This document shows, one piece after another, positions 52,847-63,938 of a DNA stretch of 64,000 bases (the stretch's first letter is position 1; each line of letters begins with the position of its first letter). The position numbers and the translations under genes were made by a program. Under the pieces are notes generated by a model. It searched no databases. It was not told where the DNA came from and saw nothing but the letters and a program-made list of their open reading frames with translations. The DNA is from Arcobacteraceae bacterium (GTDB taxonomy: Bacteria > Campylobacterota > Campylobacteria > Campylobacterales > Arcobacteraceae), in the NCBI GenBank assembly GCA_965224485.1, contig CBDCZH010000010.1:1-64000 (forward strand). The letters run 5' to 3'.

Positions 52847-53019
52847 ACGAACCCTTAATTTAAATTATAATGATTCTATCGAATTTTGTGTAAAAGTTAT
52901 TTTAGTTAGAAAGAAAATAAGAAATTAGAAAACTTTATATAAGTTATATCTTATATAAATAATTAATTAAGTTATATTTAGTATAATTAATAATAAATTT
53001 AATTATATAAAGGAAATAT

Positions 53020-53775
53020 TTGAGAACAATATTAAAACTTATTTTACTTGTTTTTACTGTAACGATTTTTATTTCTTGTACGAGTAATTCTTTAAATAAA
53101 GAGGCAAGTGTAAAAAAAACAGAAAATAAATGCAATAAAAATTATCTTCAAAATGACTTATATCAAAAGTGTTTAGAAAATAAAGTGCAAAAAGAGATAA
53201 AAATAGAGTACTTAAGAGAACTAGCTTCTATTTATACGTTAAATAAAGAGTATTCAAAAGCAATTCTTATGTATGAGATAGCAGCTAATAAAAACTCTTT
53301 TTCATCTATGTATGATTTGGGTTTTATCTATAAAGACATCTATAAAGACAATATATTAGCCTTAAAATGGTTTGAAAAAGCAGCTTTTAACTCTTATAAA
53401 AATGCAACTTGTATAAGTGGCAAATTATATGAACAAGAAGATAAACAAAAAGAGCTTGATTATTTGAATAAAGAAGTTAAAAGAGGGAATATAAAAGCTT
53501 ATACTTGTATTGCATTAAAATTTTTAGAAGTAAATAAATATGAAGAGGCTAAAAAACGGTTTTTAAAAGCTAGTAAAAAAGGTGATTTTGAGGTAAATTA
53601 TTATCTAAGTTATATACATATTAGGTATTTAAATGATGAAATAAAAGCAAAAGAATATTATTCTAAATTAATTTTTAATAAAAAGAATATATCCATGAAG
53701 TGTTTAAATTATCAAGAAATTGTTTATTTAAAACATAAAGAACATTGTTTTGAATATTTAACAAAAAAAATATAA
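53020..53775 (+). CDS. Sel1/TPR-repeat putative lipoprotein
   Basis: Lipobox-like FISC; AILMYEIAA, LGFIY..ALKWFEKAA and AKKRFLKAS repeats. Confidence 0.75.
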   Translation: MRTILKLILLVFTVTIFISCTSNSLNKEASVKKTENKCNKNYLQNDLYQKCLENKVQKEIKIEYLRELASIYTLNKEYSKAILMYEIAANKNSFSSMYDLGFIYKDIYKDNILALKWFEKAAFNSYKNATCISGKLYEQEDKQKELDYLNKEVKRGNIKAYTCIALKFLEVNKYEEAKKRFLKASKKGDFEVNYYLSYIHIRYLNDEIKAKEYYSKLIFNKKNISMKCLNYQEIVYLKHKEHCFEYLTKKI

Positions 53776-53847
53776 GATTGTGTTTATACTTAAAGTAAAT
53801 TTAATTTATATTTAGCTAGAATCACGACTCTAATTTTATATTAGAAA

Positions 53848-53922
53848 CCTCACATGTGTCAATCCTGGTATGGGTTGTATTTTGTATTTTACAAAATATT
53901 AAGGGGCGCAGAGGCTAAACCC
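53848..53922 (+). promoter_or_regulatory. rpsB leader (S2/t44-like cis-regulatory RNA)
   Basis: CCTC..TGTGTC pairs with GGCGCA-GAGG; inner TATTTTGTA/TACAAAATA hairpin; GGGTT can pair with AACCC; lies in the rpsB 5' UTR. Confidence 0.65.
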
Positions 53923-53946
53923 TAAAACAAAAACAAGGAATACAAC

Positions 53947-54780
53947 ATGGTTACAATGAAAGACTTATTAGAATGTGGAGTTCACTTCGGACACCAAACA
54001 AGAAGATGGAATCCAAAAATGAAAAAATTTATTTTTGGTGTAAGAAAGAATATTTATATTATAGATTTACAAAAAACATTAAGATACTTTAGATATACAT
54101 ATACAGTAGTAAGAGATAGAGCTGCTGAAGGTCAAACAATGATTTTCGTAGGTACTAAAAAACAAGCTAGTGAAGCTGTTAAAAGAGCTGCAGAAAATTG
54201 TGGTATGCCTTATGTTAACCATAGATGGTTAGGTGGAATGCTTACTAACTACGGAACAATTAAAAAATCAATTAGAAAATTAGAAATTATTAAAAGAATG
54301 AAAGAAGAAGGTCAATTTGATCTTTTAACTAAAAAAGAAGCATTAATGCTTTCTAGAAAAGAAATCAAGTTAGAATTATATCTTGGTGGAATCAAAGAAA
54401 TGCACAAACTTCCAGAAATGATGTTTGTTTTAGATGCAGTTAAAGAAAAAATTGCAATTTTAGAAGCAAGAAGATTAGGAATTACTGTTGTTGCTCCTTT
54501 AGATACAAATTGTGATCCAGATTTAGTAGATTTCCCAATTCCTGGTAATGATGATGCAATTAGATCAATTCAACTATTTTGTAATGAAATGGCTGCTGCG
54601 ATTAACGAAGGTAAAGCTATGTTAGCTGAAGCTAACGGAACTGATGAAGAAGAACAAGTTAGTGAAGAAGAAACTAAAGAAGTTCTAGCTGAAGCAGTTG
54701 TAGAAGCTAAAACTGAAACTGAAGTTAAAACTGAAGTTAAAACAGAAGTTAAAACAGAAGCTAAAACAGAGGAAGCATAG
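53947..54780 (+). CDS. rpsB: 30S ribosomal protein S2
   Basis: [24 protein letters not shown] and [10 protein letters not shown] motifs. Confidence 0.98.
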   Translation: MVTMKDLLECGVHFGHQTRRWNPKMKKFIFGVRKNIYIIDLQKTLRYFRYTYTVVRDRAAEGQTMIFVGTKKQASEAVKRAAENCGMPYVNHRWLGGMLTNYGTIKKSIRKLEIIKRMKEEGQFDLLTKKEALMLSRKEIKLELYLGGIKEMHKLPEMMFVLDAVKEKIAILEARRLGITVVAPLDTNCDPDLVDFPIPGNDDAIRSIQLFCNEMAAAINEGKAMLAEANGTDEEEQVSEEETKEVLAEAVVEAKTETEVKTEVKTEVKTEAKTEEA

Positions 54781-55827
54781 ATGGCAGGCGCTACTCCTAA
54801 ACTTATTAAAGAGTTAAGAGGAATGACAGGTGCTGGTATGCTTGATTGTAGAAATGCACTTAATGAAACTGAGGGTGATTTAGATAAAGCTGTTCAAGCA
54901 TTAAGAGAAGCTGGATTAGCAAAAGCTGCTAAAAAAGCTGGTAATGTTGCTGCTGAGGGTGTTTTATCTGTTTTAATTAATGAAAGTAATACAAGCGCAT
55001 ATATGTTAGAGCTTAATGCTCAAACTGACTTTGTTGCTAAAAATGAAAACTTTTTAAACTTAACTAAAGAGATTATCACTCATGCAGCTAACAACAAATT
55101 AGTTGATGCTGCTGAACTTGCTAGTTCAACTATTTCAGGACTTGATTTTACTGAGTTTTTAAATGGTAAAATTGCTACAATTGGTGAAAATCTAGTTGCT
55201 AGAAAATTAACTTCTGTTGCTGGTGAAGTTGTTAATGCTTATGTACATACAAATGGAAGAGTTGGAGTTTTATTAGCTGCATCTTGCGATGAAAGTGCAA
55301 AAGAAAAAACAGTTGCCCTATTAAAATCACTTGCTATGCATGCATCTGCTATGAAACCAACGGTTATTTCTTATACAGATTTAAGCGCTGATTTTGTTGA
55401 ATCAGAAAACAGAGCAATTGTTGCAGAAATTGAAGCAGATAATGATGAATTAATAAGACTTAAAAAACCTTTGAAAAATATTCCTCAGTTTGTTTCTAAA
55501 TCTCAACTTACTCCTGAAGCTCTTGAAACAGCTAAAGAAGAAATGAAAGCTGAACTTGTTGCACAAGGTAAGCCAGAGAAAATTATTGAAAACATCTTAA
55601 AAGGTAAACTTGCAAGATGGATTGAAGATAACTCTCAATTAGATGGAAGAATGGCCTTATTATCACAAGCCTATGTAATGGATGACAAAAAAACAGTTGA
55701 GCAAGCAATTGCTGATGTTGATGCTTCTATTAAAATCACTGCTTATGTTAGATATGAGCTTGGTGAAGGTATTGAGAAAAAAGAAGAAGATTTTGCTGCT
55801 GAAGTTGCAGCGCAAATGAGTAAGTAA
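54781..55827 (+). CDS. tsf: Elongation factor Ts
   Basis: IKELRGMTGAGMLDC, TDFVAKN and GEGIEK..DFAAEV motifs. Confidence 0.98.
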   Translation: MAGATPKLIKELRGMTGAGMLDCRNALNETEGDLDKAVQALREAGLAKAAKKAGNVAAEGVLSVLINESNTSAYMLELNAQTDFVAKNENFLNLTKEIITHAANNKLVDAAELASSTISGLDFTEFLNGKIATIGENLVARKLTSVAGEVVNAYVHTNGRVGVLLAASCDESAKEKTVALLKSLAMHASAMKPTVISYTDLSADFVESENRAIVAEIEADNDELIRLKKPLKNIPQFVSKSQLTPEALETAKEEMKAELVAQGKPEKIIENILKGKLARWIEDNSQLDGRMALLSQAYVMDDKKTVEQAIADVDASIKITAYVRYELGEGIEKKEEDFAAEVAAQMSK

Positions 55828-55843
55828 GAAATTATTTAAAGCA

Positions 55844-56545
55844 ATGAGTGAATTAAATTATAAAAACTCACTCCTTGCTGCTTCAAATACAAGGAGCACA
55901 AACATTTTATTAACTGCAAAAAATATTTCACATGAGTTTGATTATAAACTTTTCGAAAACATTAATTTAGAACTACATAAACAAGAAACAATTGCTATTA
56001 TTGGTATGAGCGGAAGTGGAAAATCTACCCTTCTTAACATTATATCATCCTTATTAAAACCAAATTCTGGTGAAGTGATTTATAACAAAGATGATATTTA
56101 TTCTTTAAATCAAAAAAAACTTTTAAATATTAGACGAAAAGATTTTGGTATAATATTTCAAGCACATTATCTCTTTCGAGGTTTTTTAGCACGTGAGAAT
56201 TTATATATATCTTCTTTATTATCAAATGAAGAGATTGATGAGTCTTTACTAAAAGAGTTAAATATCGATTTTGTTATGAATCAAGGTGTTGGTGAGTTAA
56301 GTGGCGGACAGCAACAACGTCTCTCACTTGCAAGAATTTTAACTAAAAAACCTAAAATTATTTTTGCAGATGAACCAACAGGAAACTTAGATAAACAAAC
56401 AGCACAAGAAGTTATGAATACCTTAAAAAAATATATCAAAGCTAATAATGCAGGTATGATCTTAGTTACTCATGAAGAAGATTTAGCAAACCAATGTGAC
56501 AAGGTATATAAACTTGTTGATTTAAGACTAGAGGAGATTAAGTGA
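55844..56545 (+). CDS. ABC transporter ATP-binding protein
   Basis: GMSGSGKST, LSGGQQQR and ADEPTGNLD motifs. Confidence 0.92.
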   Translation: MSELNYKNSLLAASNTRSTNILLTAKNISHEFDYKLFENINLELHKQETIAIIGMSGSGKSTLLNIISSLLKPNSGEVIYNKDDIYSLNQKKLLNIRRKDFGIIFQAHYLFRGFLARENLYISSLLSNEEIDESLLKELNIDFVMNQGVGELSGGQQQRLSLARILTKKPKIIFADEPTGNLDKQTAQEVMNTLKKYIKANNAGMILVTHEEDLANQCDKVYKLVDLRLEEIK

Positions 56546-57297
56546 AAATATTATTAGTTTCAAAAACACAAATAATTAACAAAATCTTTGCCTTGATTGC
56601 ATCTAAATTAAACTTTGATTTAAGAATTCAAGACCATTTAAAAATAGAAACTTCTTACGATTTTATTATAATTGATGAAGATTTTATTGATGATAGTTTT
56701 AACTTCTTAAAAAAACATACAAAAAAATTAGGTGCTATTGTAAGTGAAGAGTTGCCTTTTGATAAATCAAGAGATTTTATTATAGCTAGACCTTTTTTAC
56801 CAGCTGATTTAGAAGAAATTATAAAAGATGAAATTCAAGCTTTAAATATTGAGCAAAGAGAAGCTTTATATAATGTAAAGAATGATGATGAAACTGATAA
56901 AGATGTATTTGATTATGTCGAGTCCTTAGACGATGACTTAGATGATTATGAAGAGTATGATGAAAGTATTGTAACACTTGCTTCTTTAAATACAGGAGGA
57001 GTTTTAGATAACAAAGAGTTGTCAAAAATTAATATTTTACTTAAAGATAACCCTATATCTAGTAGTGAAGATTTAGATGAAGTAGATTGGAAAAATTTGT
57101 CTGAAATTATTGATGATGCTTTGAATGAAGTACAAGATTATGAATTTGATTTAGGTAATGATGATGCTGTTCATCTTATATTAAATCAATATAATATAAA
57201 TGAGTTAAAACCACTATTTAAAAAATTTAATCAAAGTATTATTGATAGGTTATCTAATGGTGAGTGTATTGACTTAAAACTATCCTTAAAGGCTTAA
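56542..57297 (+). CDS. Acidic hypothetical protein
   Basis: Coupled 251-aa ORF, D/E-rich. Confidence 0.75.
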   Translation: MKILLVSKTQIINKIFALIASKLNFDLRIQDHLKIETSYDFIIIDEDFIDDSFNFLKKHTKKLGAIVSEELPFDKSRDFIIARPFLPADLEEIIKDEIQALNIEQREALYNVKNDDETDKDVFDYVESLDDDLDDYEEYDESIVTLASLNTGGVLDNKELSKINILLKDNPISSSEDLDEVDWKNLSEIIDDALNEVQDYEFDLGNDDAVHLILNQYNINELKPLFKKFNQSIIDRLSNGECIDLKLSLKA

Positions 57298-57298
57298 C

Positions 57299-57919
57299 TT
57301 GATTAGTGAAACAAAAGGTGCGATTTTAATACTTTCAGGACCAAGCGGCTGTGGTAAATCGACTTTATTAAAAGAAGTGTATAAAGATATCAGTGATTAC
57401 TATTTTTCAATTTCTACAACAACTAGAGAACCTAGAATTGGAGAGAAAGAAGGAGTTGATTACTTTTTTGTTTCAAAAAAAGATTTTGAAGAAGATATTA
57501 AAAATGGTAGTTTTTTAGAATGGGCTGAAGTCCATGATAATTATTACGGAACTTCTTTAAAACCAATAAGTAAAGCTCTAAAAAAAGGGAAATTAGTTAT
57601 TTTTGATATAGATGTACAAGGTCATGAAATTGTTAGAAAAAAATTAAATAATCTTGTAACTTCTGTCTTTATAACAACTCCGAACTTACAAGAGTTACAA
57701 AATAGATTAGATAATAGAAATACTGATTCTTATGCCACAATAGTAAAAAGAGTTCAAAATGCTAAAATAGAAATAAAGTCTTTTCATAAATATGATTATT
57801 TTATAATAAATGATGATTTAGCTAAAGCTTCTAAGAGTTTAGTTTCTATCGCAAATATAGCTAGAATTAAAAGTAAAGTTTTTGAAAAAGATTTCATTAT
57901 AAAAGAGTGGATTTCTTAA
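57299..57919 (+). CDS. gmk: Guanylate kinase
   Basis: SGPSGCGKST, TTREPRIGE..GVDYFF, YYGT and DIDVQG motifs. Confidence 0.97.
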   Translation: MISETKGAILILSGPSGCGKSTLLKEVYKDISDYYFSISTTTREPRIGEKEGVDYFFVSKKDFEEDIKNGSFLEWAEVHDNYYGTSLKPISKALKKGKLVIFDIDVQGHEIVRKKLNNLVTSVFITTPNLQELQNRLDNRNTDSYATIVKRVQNAKIEIKSFHKYDYFIINDDLAKASKSLVSIANIARIKSKVFEKDFIIKEWIS

Positions 57920-57934
57920 AAGTTTATAATAAAC

Positions 57935-59554
57935 TTAAGAAATCTCATCATAAGAAATAGGTTTTCCAAAATGGTAACCTTGAGAATAATTAATTCCAAT
58001 ATTCTTGATTTTTTTATAAATAGCTTCTGAACTTACAAACTCAGCTACTGTTTTAAAACCAAATTTTTGTGAGAAATTTGCTATTGTTTCAACTATAATT
58101 TCTTGATTTTTTGATTCATCAATTTCTTTAATTAAGGAACCATCAATTTTCACAAAATCAATATCTAAATTTGTTAGCATATTGAAATTTGAATATCCAG
58201 CTCCAAAATCATCAACACCGACACTACAGCCATATTCTTTAACATCTTTTATAAAATCCCTAACTGCTGCAAAATCAGAAATTTCTTCACTTTCTAAAAT
58301 TTCAAATTCTAGTTTTTGAACATATTCTTTATTTGCTTCAAGTTTTGAAATAATATGTTCTTTTGTTGAGTTATTTGAAATATCAGCAAAAGATATATTT
58401 ACAGAAACTCTTTTGTTTTTATTTTTTATTAAAGTAATAGCTTTATCTAACATAATTTCTATTATTTTATAATATAGTTTAACTTTTTTAGATATTTCTA
58501 AAAACTTAATAGGAGATACAGGAACACCATCATCCATATATCTAACTAATGCTTCGTATTTATAGATTTCTTGTGTTTGTGTGTCTACTATTGGCTGAAA
58601 ATAAGCAGTAAAGAGATTATTTTCTATTCCATATTTCACTTTCTTAACCCATTTCATATTTTCTTGAAAATCTTTTTGAATATTTAATGACTCATCATAA
58701 ACTAATATTGGTTCAAATTTAATTCTTGCATAATTTATTACTCGTTGAGCATATTTATAAGCTGTTGTTGAATCGCCTCTTGCAATTCCGATAGTTACTC
58801 TAATATCAACTTCATTTTCATCAATTTTAACAGGAGTTTTTTCAACTTTTTCTACAAAATCTGAACACATTTTTTTAAATTCATTAATGTCAAGACTAGA
58901 ATCTTTTGCTAGAATTACAAACTTATCAGATTCTATTCTATATATTTTAAATTCACTTTTATCAAAGTCTTGTTTTATTTGCTTAGATAAAGCATATAAA
59001 ATTCTATCTCCATTATTCTCACCAAAAACATCATTTATGGTTGAGAATTTATCAATATTTACTAAAGCTAATAAATCTTCATTTGTAGATGCTAAATCTT
59101 TTTTTAATCTGTTTCTATTTGCTAGATTTGTTAATTTGTCAATATACAACTCTTTTAACTCATGGTATAACAAAGATTGACTCATAATTTGTAGTAGTTT
59201 TTTCATATCAATTGGTTTTAAAACATATTTATCAACACCTATATCAATAGCTTCAAGTAAATATTCAGTATTTGAAAACGCAGTTGCTACAATAATTGGA
59301 ATATTTGGATTAATTCTTTTAATCTCTTTAATCATCTCTAAACCATTCATCTTAGGCATATTTACATCTGTGATAATTAAATCAATTTCATCTTCATTAT
59401 CTTTAAAAAGCTGTAAACCTTCGGCTCCATCTTGGGCAACAAATTGTTTTTTAGTAAAACCTTTTAAAATATTAAGTGTAATTTCTCTTAGGCTTGCTTC
59501 ATCCTCAGCATACAAAATAGTAATGCCTTGAAGAATAGAAATATTGTTTATCAT
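57935..59554 (-). CDS. Response regulator with degenerate GGDEF and intact EAL domain (probable c-di-GMP phosphodiesterase)
   Basis: REC (AEDE, TDVNMP, KP); RIESDKF in place of RxGGDEF; YEALVR, DDFGAGYS, KIDGS and QGY. Confidence 0.88.
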   Translation of the reverse strand: MINNISILQGITILYAEDEASLREITLNILKGFTKKQFVAQDGAEGLQLFKDNEDEIDLIITDVNMPKMNGLEMIKEIKRINPNIPIIVATAFSNTEYLLEAIDIGVDKYVLKPIDMKKLLQIMSQSLLYHELKELYIDKLTNLANRNRLKKDLASTNEDLLALVNIDKFSTINDVFGENNGDRILYALSKQIKQDFDKSEFKIYRIESDKFVILAKDSSLDINEFKKMCSDFVEKVEKTPVKIDENEVDIRVTIGIARGDSTTAYKYAQRVINYARIKFEPILVYDESLNIQKDFQENMKWVKKVKYGIENNLFTAYFQPIVDTQTQEIYKYEALVRYMDDGVPVSPIKFLEISKKVKLYYKIIEIMLDKAITLIKNKNKRVSVNISFADISNNSTKEHIISKLEANKEYVQKLEFEILESEEISDFAAVRDFIKDVKEYGCSVGVDDFGAGYSNFNMLTNLDIDFVKIDGSLIKEIDESKNQEIIVETIANFSQKFGFKTVAEFVSSEAIYKKIKNIGINYSQGYHFGKPISYDEIS

Positions 59555-59660
59555 TAAAGAAAACTCCAAATGTAATACGATACAATATAACTATACTTAT
59601 TGTAAGTGTATGTAATAATTTTTATAGTGTAACATAAATACTTTTTAAAAGAGATTTGAA

Positions 59661-60152
59661 ATGAACGAAATACTAATACTTAACAGCGGTGGTACCTTCA
59701 ATAAAAAATATAATGAGTTAAATGGCAAGCTAGAAATTGAAGAAAATTGTGATTATTTAGAAGAAATAATATTAAAATGTTATAAAAATAATTTAAATTT
59801 GAAATTAGAGGGTTTGATTTATAAAGATAGCTTAGAGCTTACTTCAAAACATAGAGAAATTTTATATAAAAGGTTAGAAAAAAACTCTAAATCTATACTT
59901 ATTCATGGAACTGATACTATGGATATAAGTGCCCAGTTTTTCTCACAAAAAATAAAAAATGAAATTATTGTTATAACTGGAGCTATGATTCCTTATTCAA
60001 TTGATAAAATAGAAGCAGTTTCAAACTTATCTTTAGCTCTTAGTTTTATTCAAACATGTGAAACACCAGGCATTTATATAGCAATGCATGGTTTAGTTAA
60101 ACCTTATAAACAAATAAGTAAAAATAGAGTTTTAGGAAAATTTACTTGTTAA
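59661..60152 (+). CDS. Short asparaginase N-terminal-domain protein
   Basis: SGGTFNK, KDSLE, HGTDTM and ITGAM motifs. Confidence 0.85.
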   Translation: MNEILILNSGGTFNKKYNELNGKLEIEENCDYLEEIILKCYKNNLNLKLEGLIYKDSLELTSKHREILYKRLEKNSKSILIHGTDTMDISAQFFSQKIKNEIIVITGAMIPYSIDKIEAVSNLSLALSFIQTCETPGIYIAMHGLVKPYKQISKNRVLGKFTC

Positions 60153-62605
60153 GGGTAAAATGTACTCATTGTAACTTAGAGTTTAACCAAAATGTAATGA
60201 TTAAAGAAGAAGACTCTGCAGGGAAAAGCTTATTTTTTTGTTGTGGGGGTTGTTCTGGTGTATATCACTTATTAAAAGATGAAAACCTAGACTCTTTTTA
60301 TGAAAAAAGAGGAAATAAAACTATTCAAGCCCCAATAGAAGTCTTAAATGATGACTTAGAAAAATTTGATCAAGATGTTTTTCATAAATCTTATGTAAAA
60401 GATGAAAATGGTTTTAAAAAAGTAAATTTAATTGTTGAAGGAATTCATTGTGCTGCTTGTATTTGGTTAAATGAAAAAGTACTTTATGATACAGACGGTA
60501 TTTTAGAAGTAAGTATAAATTTTTCAAATAATAAAGCAATAATAATATGGGATGATGAAAAAGTTAAATTATCCCAAATAATTAAAAAAATTAGATCAAT
60601 AGGTTATAACGCTTATGCTTATAATGCACAAATAGCAGATGTAAAAGCAATAAAAGCAAAAAGAGAATATTTTATTAGAATGATGGTAGCAGTTTTTGCA
60701 AGTATGAATATAATGATGCTTTCTGTTGCTAAATATACAGGGTTTTTTACAGGAATTTCTGAAAATGTAAGAGATTATATACATATAGGTGAGTTCTTAT
60801 TATGTACACCTGTACTATTTTATTCTGGTTATATTTTTTTTAAAGGTGCATATTTTGGTTTAAGAAATCGTATTTTAAATATGGATTTTTTAGTCTCTTC
60901 AGGGGCTACTTTAACCTATCTTTACTCTTTATATATATTATTTGGAGGAAAAGGCGAGAGTTATTTTGATTCAGTTACTATGATAATTACTTTTGTTTTA
61001 TTAGGTAAATATTTAGAAGTATTAGGAAAAAAATCTGCTGTTGATACTTTAGATAAAATTAAATCAAAACTTCCTTTAAATGCAACACTTATTAAAGATA
61101 ATAAAAAAAGCATTATTGCTATTGAAGATATACAAGTTGATGATATTTTAGAGTTAAAAGATGGAGAAAAAGTCTCTGTTGATGGAGTAATAATTAAAGG
61201 TGAAAGCTCTTTTGACGAAAGTTCAATTACAGGGGAGTCAAAACCTGTTTATAAAAAGACCTCAGACTTAATATATTCAGGAACCATGAATATGAATAAT
61301 TTGGTTCATTTTAGGGTTTTAAAAACATATGAAGACTCAAGTCTTAATACAATAGTAACACTTTTAGAAGACTCCTTAAACTCAAAACCTGATATTGAAC
61401 ATAAGGCAAATGAAATTTCTAAGAACTTTTCCTTAAGTATTTTAATTTTATCTTTTTTAACTTTTATTGTTTGGTATTTTTTTGGACTAGATTTAGGTTT
61501 TTCTTATGATAACTCAAGTCATTTTGAAAAGTCTTTCATTGTTGCTATTTCTGTTATAGTAATTGCTTGTCCTTGTGCTTTAGCCTTAGCTACTCCAATA
61601 GCTTCATTAATTGGAGTAGGAACTTTAGCAAAAAAAGGTTTGTTATTTAAAGAAGCTAAATATATTGAAGAATTAGCTAAAAGTACTAAAATAGTTTTAG
61701 ATAAAACAGGAACTCTAACTCAAGGCAAACTAAGCGTACTTAAGATGAATATGTATGATGACAAGATAGAAAACTTGGAACTTTTATATGCTCTTTTAGA
61801 TTCATCCTCTCATCCTATTTCCAAATCAGTTAAAAAATATTTGTTAAAAGAATATATTTCTTTAGAAAATAAAAATGTAAAAAATCTTACAGATGTGACA
61901 ACTGTCTCTTCTAAGGGTTTAAGAGCTAAGTATACAAACAATAATAAAGATTTTGATTTACTTGGTGGTAATATTGACTTAATGAAAGAAAATTCAATTT
62001 TTCATAACTTTGAAACAAAAAACTCTGTTTATTTATTTGCAATTAATAAAAAAATTATTGCAACATTTGAACTAGAAGATAAAATTAAAGATGATGCTAA
62101 AGATTTCGTAGAGAGCATGACTAAGATGAAAATAGATGTAATAATGTTAACAGGCGATAATGAACATGTTGCTTTAGATGTAGCTTCCTTGCTTGGAATA
62201 AAAACAGTGAAAGCTAATATGAGTGCACTTGATAAATCTAAGTATATTAAGAAACTAAGAGAAGAAGGTCATACTGTTGTTATGGCAGGAGATGGTATAA
62301 ATGATGCTATTGCTTTAAGTTGTGCTAATGTTGGTATTTCTATGGGTAATGGAAGTGATATAGCTATTTGGGCTTCTGATATTATTTTATTAAATAATTC
62401 TTTAAATAGTTTAAAAAACTCTTTTATAATTTCAAAACGAACATATAAGTTTATAAAACAAAATCTAGCTATTTCTTTAGTTTATAATATACTTACAATT
62501 CCACTAGCAATGGCTGGTTTAGTTATACCTTTAGTTGCTGCTTTATCAATGAGTTTAAGTTCATTATTAGTAGTTGCAAATTCATTAAGGATTAAAAATG
62601 ATTGA
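60146..62605 (+). CDS. ccoI: Heavy-metal (Cu) P1B-type ATPase, FixI/CcoI-like
   Basis: CTHC..FCCGGC, GIHCAAC, TGES, CPC, DKTGT and GDGIND; followed by ccoS. Confidence 0.88.
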   Translation: MLRVKCTHCNLEFNQNVMIKEEDSAGKSLFFCCGGCSGVYHLLKDENLDSFYEKRGNKTIQAPIEVLNDDLEKFDQDVFHKSYVKDENGFKKVNLIVEGIHCAACIWLNEKVLYDTDGILEVSINFSNNKAIIIWDDEKVKLSQIIKKIRSIGYNAYAYNAQIADVKAIKAKREYFIRMMVAVFASMNIMMLSVAKYTGFFTGISENVRDYIHIGEFLLCTPVLFYSGYIFFKGAYFGLRNRILNMDFLVSSGATLTYLYSLYILFGGKGESYFDSVTMIITFVLLGKYLEVLGKKSAVDTLDKIKSKLPLNATLIKDNKKSIIAIEDIQVDDILELKDGEKVSVDGVIIKGESSFDESSITGESKPVYKKTSDLIYSGTMNMNNLVHFRVLKTYEDSSLNTIVTLLEDSLNSKPDIEHKANEISKNFSLSILILSFLTFIVWYFFGLDLGFSYDNSSHFEKSFIVAISVIVIACPCALALATPIASLIGVGTLAKKGLLFKEAKYIEELAKSTKIVLDKTGTLTQGKLSVLKMNMYDDKIENLELLYALLDSSSHPISKSVKKYLLKEYISLENKNVKNLTDVTTVSSKGLRAKYTNNNKDFDLLGGNIDLMKENSIFHNFETKNSVYLFAINKKIIATFELEDKIKDDAKDFVESMTKMKIDVIMLTGDNEHVALDVASLLGIKTVKANMSALDKSKYIKKLREEGHTVVMAGDGINDAIALSCANVGISMGNGSDIAIWASDIILLNNSLNSLKNSFIISKRTYKFIKQNLAISLVYNILTIPLAMAGLVIPLVAALSMSLSSLLVVANSLRIKND

Positions 62606-62828
62606 TGATACACTTTTTATGATGTTAATTGTTGGGTTAGTTGTTGCTTTTGCTATTTTAGCAGTATTTATTTGGGGCGCTAAAACAGGTCAATTTGATG
62701 ATAATGATAAAATGATGGATGGTTTATTATTTGATTCACAAGATGATTTAAATGATGCAATAAATAGAGAAAATAAAAAGAAAAGTTTAGAAGAAGCTAA
62801 AAAAAATAAAAATACTAAGTTAAAATAA
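62598..62828 (+). CDS. ccoS: cbb3-type cytochrome oxidase assembly protein
   Basis: TM segment then FIWGAKTGQFDD. Confidence 0.88.
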   Translation: MIDDTLFMMLIVGLVVAFAILAVFIWGAKTGQFDDNDKMMDGLLFDSQDDLNDAINRENKKKSLEEAKKNKNTKLK

Positions 62829-62884
62829 AAAAAGACAAGTTATAAAAACTTACCTTTTTTTATTTAAAAAATAATTATAGAAAA

Positions 62885-63166
62885 TTATTTAAATGCAGCA
62901 ATCTTTTTTGCTAAATCAGCAATATCAGCATCACTTAATCTTGCAACTTGACCTTTCATAACACCTTTCATAGCTCCACCGTAAGATCCATCTTTGTAAC
63001 CTTTTAAAGCAGCAACAATTTTTGCTTCATCCCAAGATGCGATAACAGCAGACTTACCTAATGCTTTCTTCTCTGCATTTACACCATGACAGCCAGCACA
63101 TGCGGCAAAATTAGCAGCTGTTAATAAACCTGCAGTAATAATTGTTCCCAAAATAATTTTCTTCAT
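62885..63166 (-). CDS. Small monoheme cytochrome c (c553-like)
   Basis: Signal peptide, CAGCH and GGAMKGVMKGQ. Confidence 0.92.
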   Translation of the reverse strand: MKKIILGTIITAGLLTAANFAACAGCHGVNAEKKALGKSAVIASWDEAKIVAALKGYKDGSYGGAMKGVMKGQVARLSDADIADLAKKIAAFK

Positions 63167-63352
63167 TCTAACTCCTTGATTTGATTACTTTAGTGTATCA
63201 AATTTTTCTTCTATAAAACTTATAAAAATTATTTATGGGTTTTTATAATAATTTTCTTTTATTAATTTCTTTAAATAGTTAAATTTTTAAAAAAATTTTG
63301 CAGATATAAAGCAAGGTTTTTATATAGTAAATTTATAATTTTAAGGGAATAT

Positions 63353-63934
63353 ATGAATAATGTTTTAGAAATAAAAAATCTAGATTTTGCATATAATAAA
63401 GATAAATTTATATATAAAAATTTTAACCTAAGTTTAGAAAAAGGTTTTATTAAATCTATTGTAGGTTCAAGTGGAAGTGGCAAAAGTACGCTATTTGAGT
63501 TAATTACAAATAATTTAAAAGCTTTAAAAGGTGAAATAAAAGCTAGTAAAACAGCTTGTATATATCAAGACCCTTATAGCTCTTTTCATCCAAGTTATAG
63601 TATAATTGAGCAAATATTTGATGTAATAGCTCAAAGTGAAAGAAAACAAATCAACTCTTTTTTAAAAGATTTATCCTTAGAGAAAGACTTATTAGAAAAG
63701 AAACCACATGAGCTTTCTGGAGGGCAACTGCAAAGGTGTTCAATATTAAGAGCTTTATTAATGAAAGCTGATTTATTATTAATTGATGAACCAACTTCAG
63801 CTTTGGATAATATTGTTGCTGTTGATGTTATGAATTTATTAATAAAATTTTTACCAAATTATGCAATATTATTAATTACTCATGATTTAGAACTTGCTTT
63901 GTGGTGTAGTGATGAGATAGTTTATTTGGATTAG
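63353..63934 (+). CDS. ABC transporter ATP-binding protein
   Basis: GSSGSGKST, QDPYSSF, LSGGQLQR and DEPTSALD motifs. Confidence 0.9.
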   Translation: MNNVLEIKNLDFAYNKDKFIYKNFNLSLEKGFIKSIVGSSGSGKSTLFELITNNLKALKGEIKASKTACIYQDPYSSFHPSYSIIEQIFDVIAQSERKQINSFLKDLSLEKDLLEKKPHELSGGQLQRCSILRALLMKADLLLIDEPTSALDNIVAVDVMNLLIKFLPNYAILLITHDLELALWCSDEIVYLD

Positions 63935-63938
63935 TTGT

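Noticed and set aside
57935..59554. Active diguanylate cyclase
   Set aside because: The GGDEF signature is replaced by ESDKF; only the EAL domain looks catalytic, which is a common arrangement.
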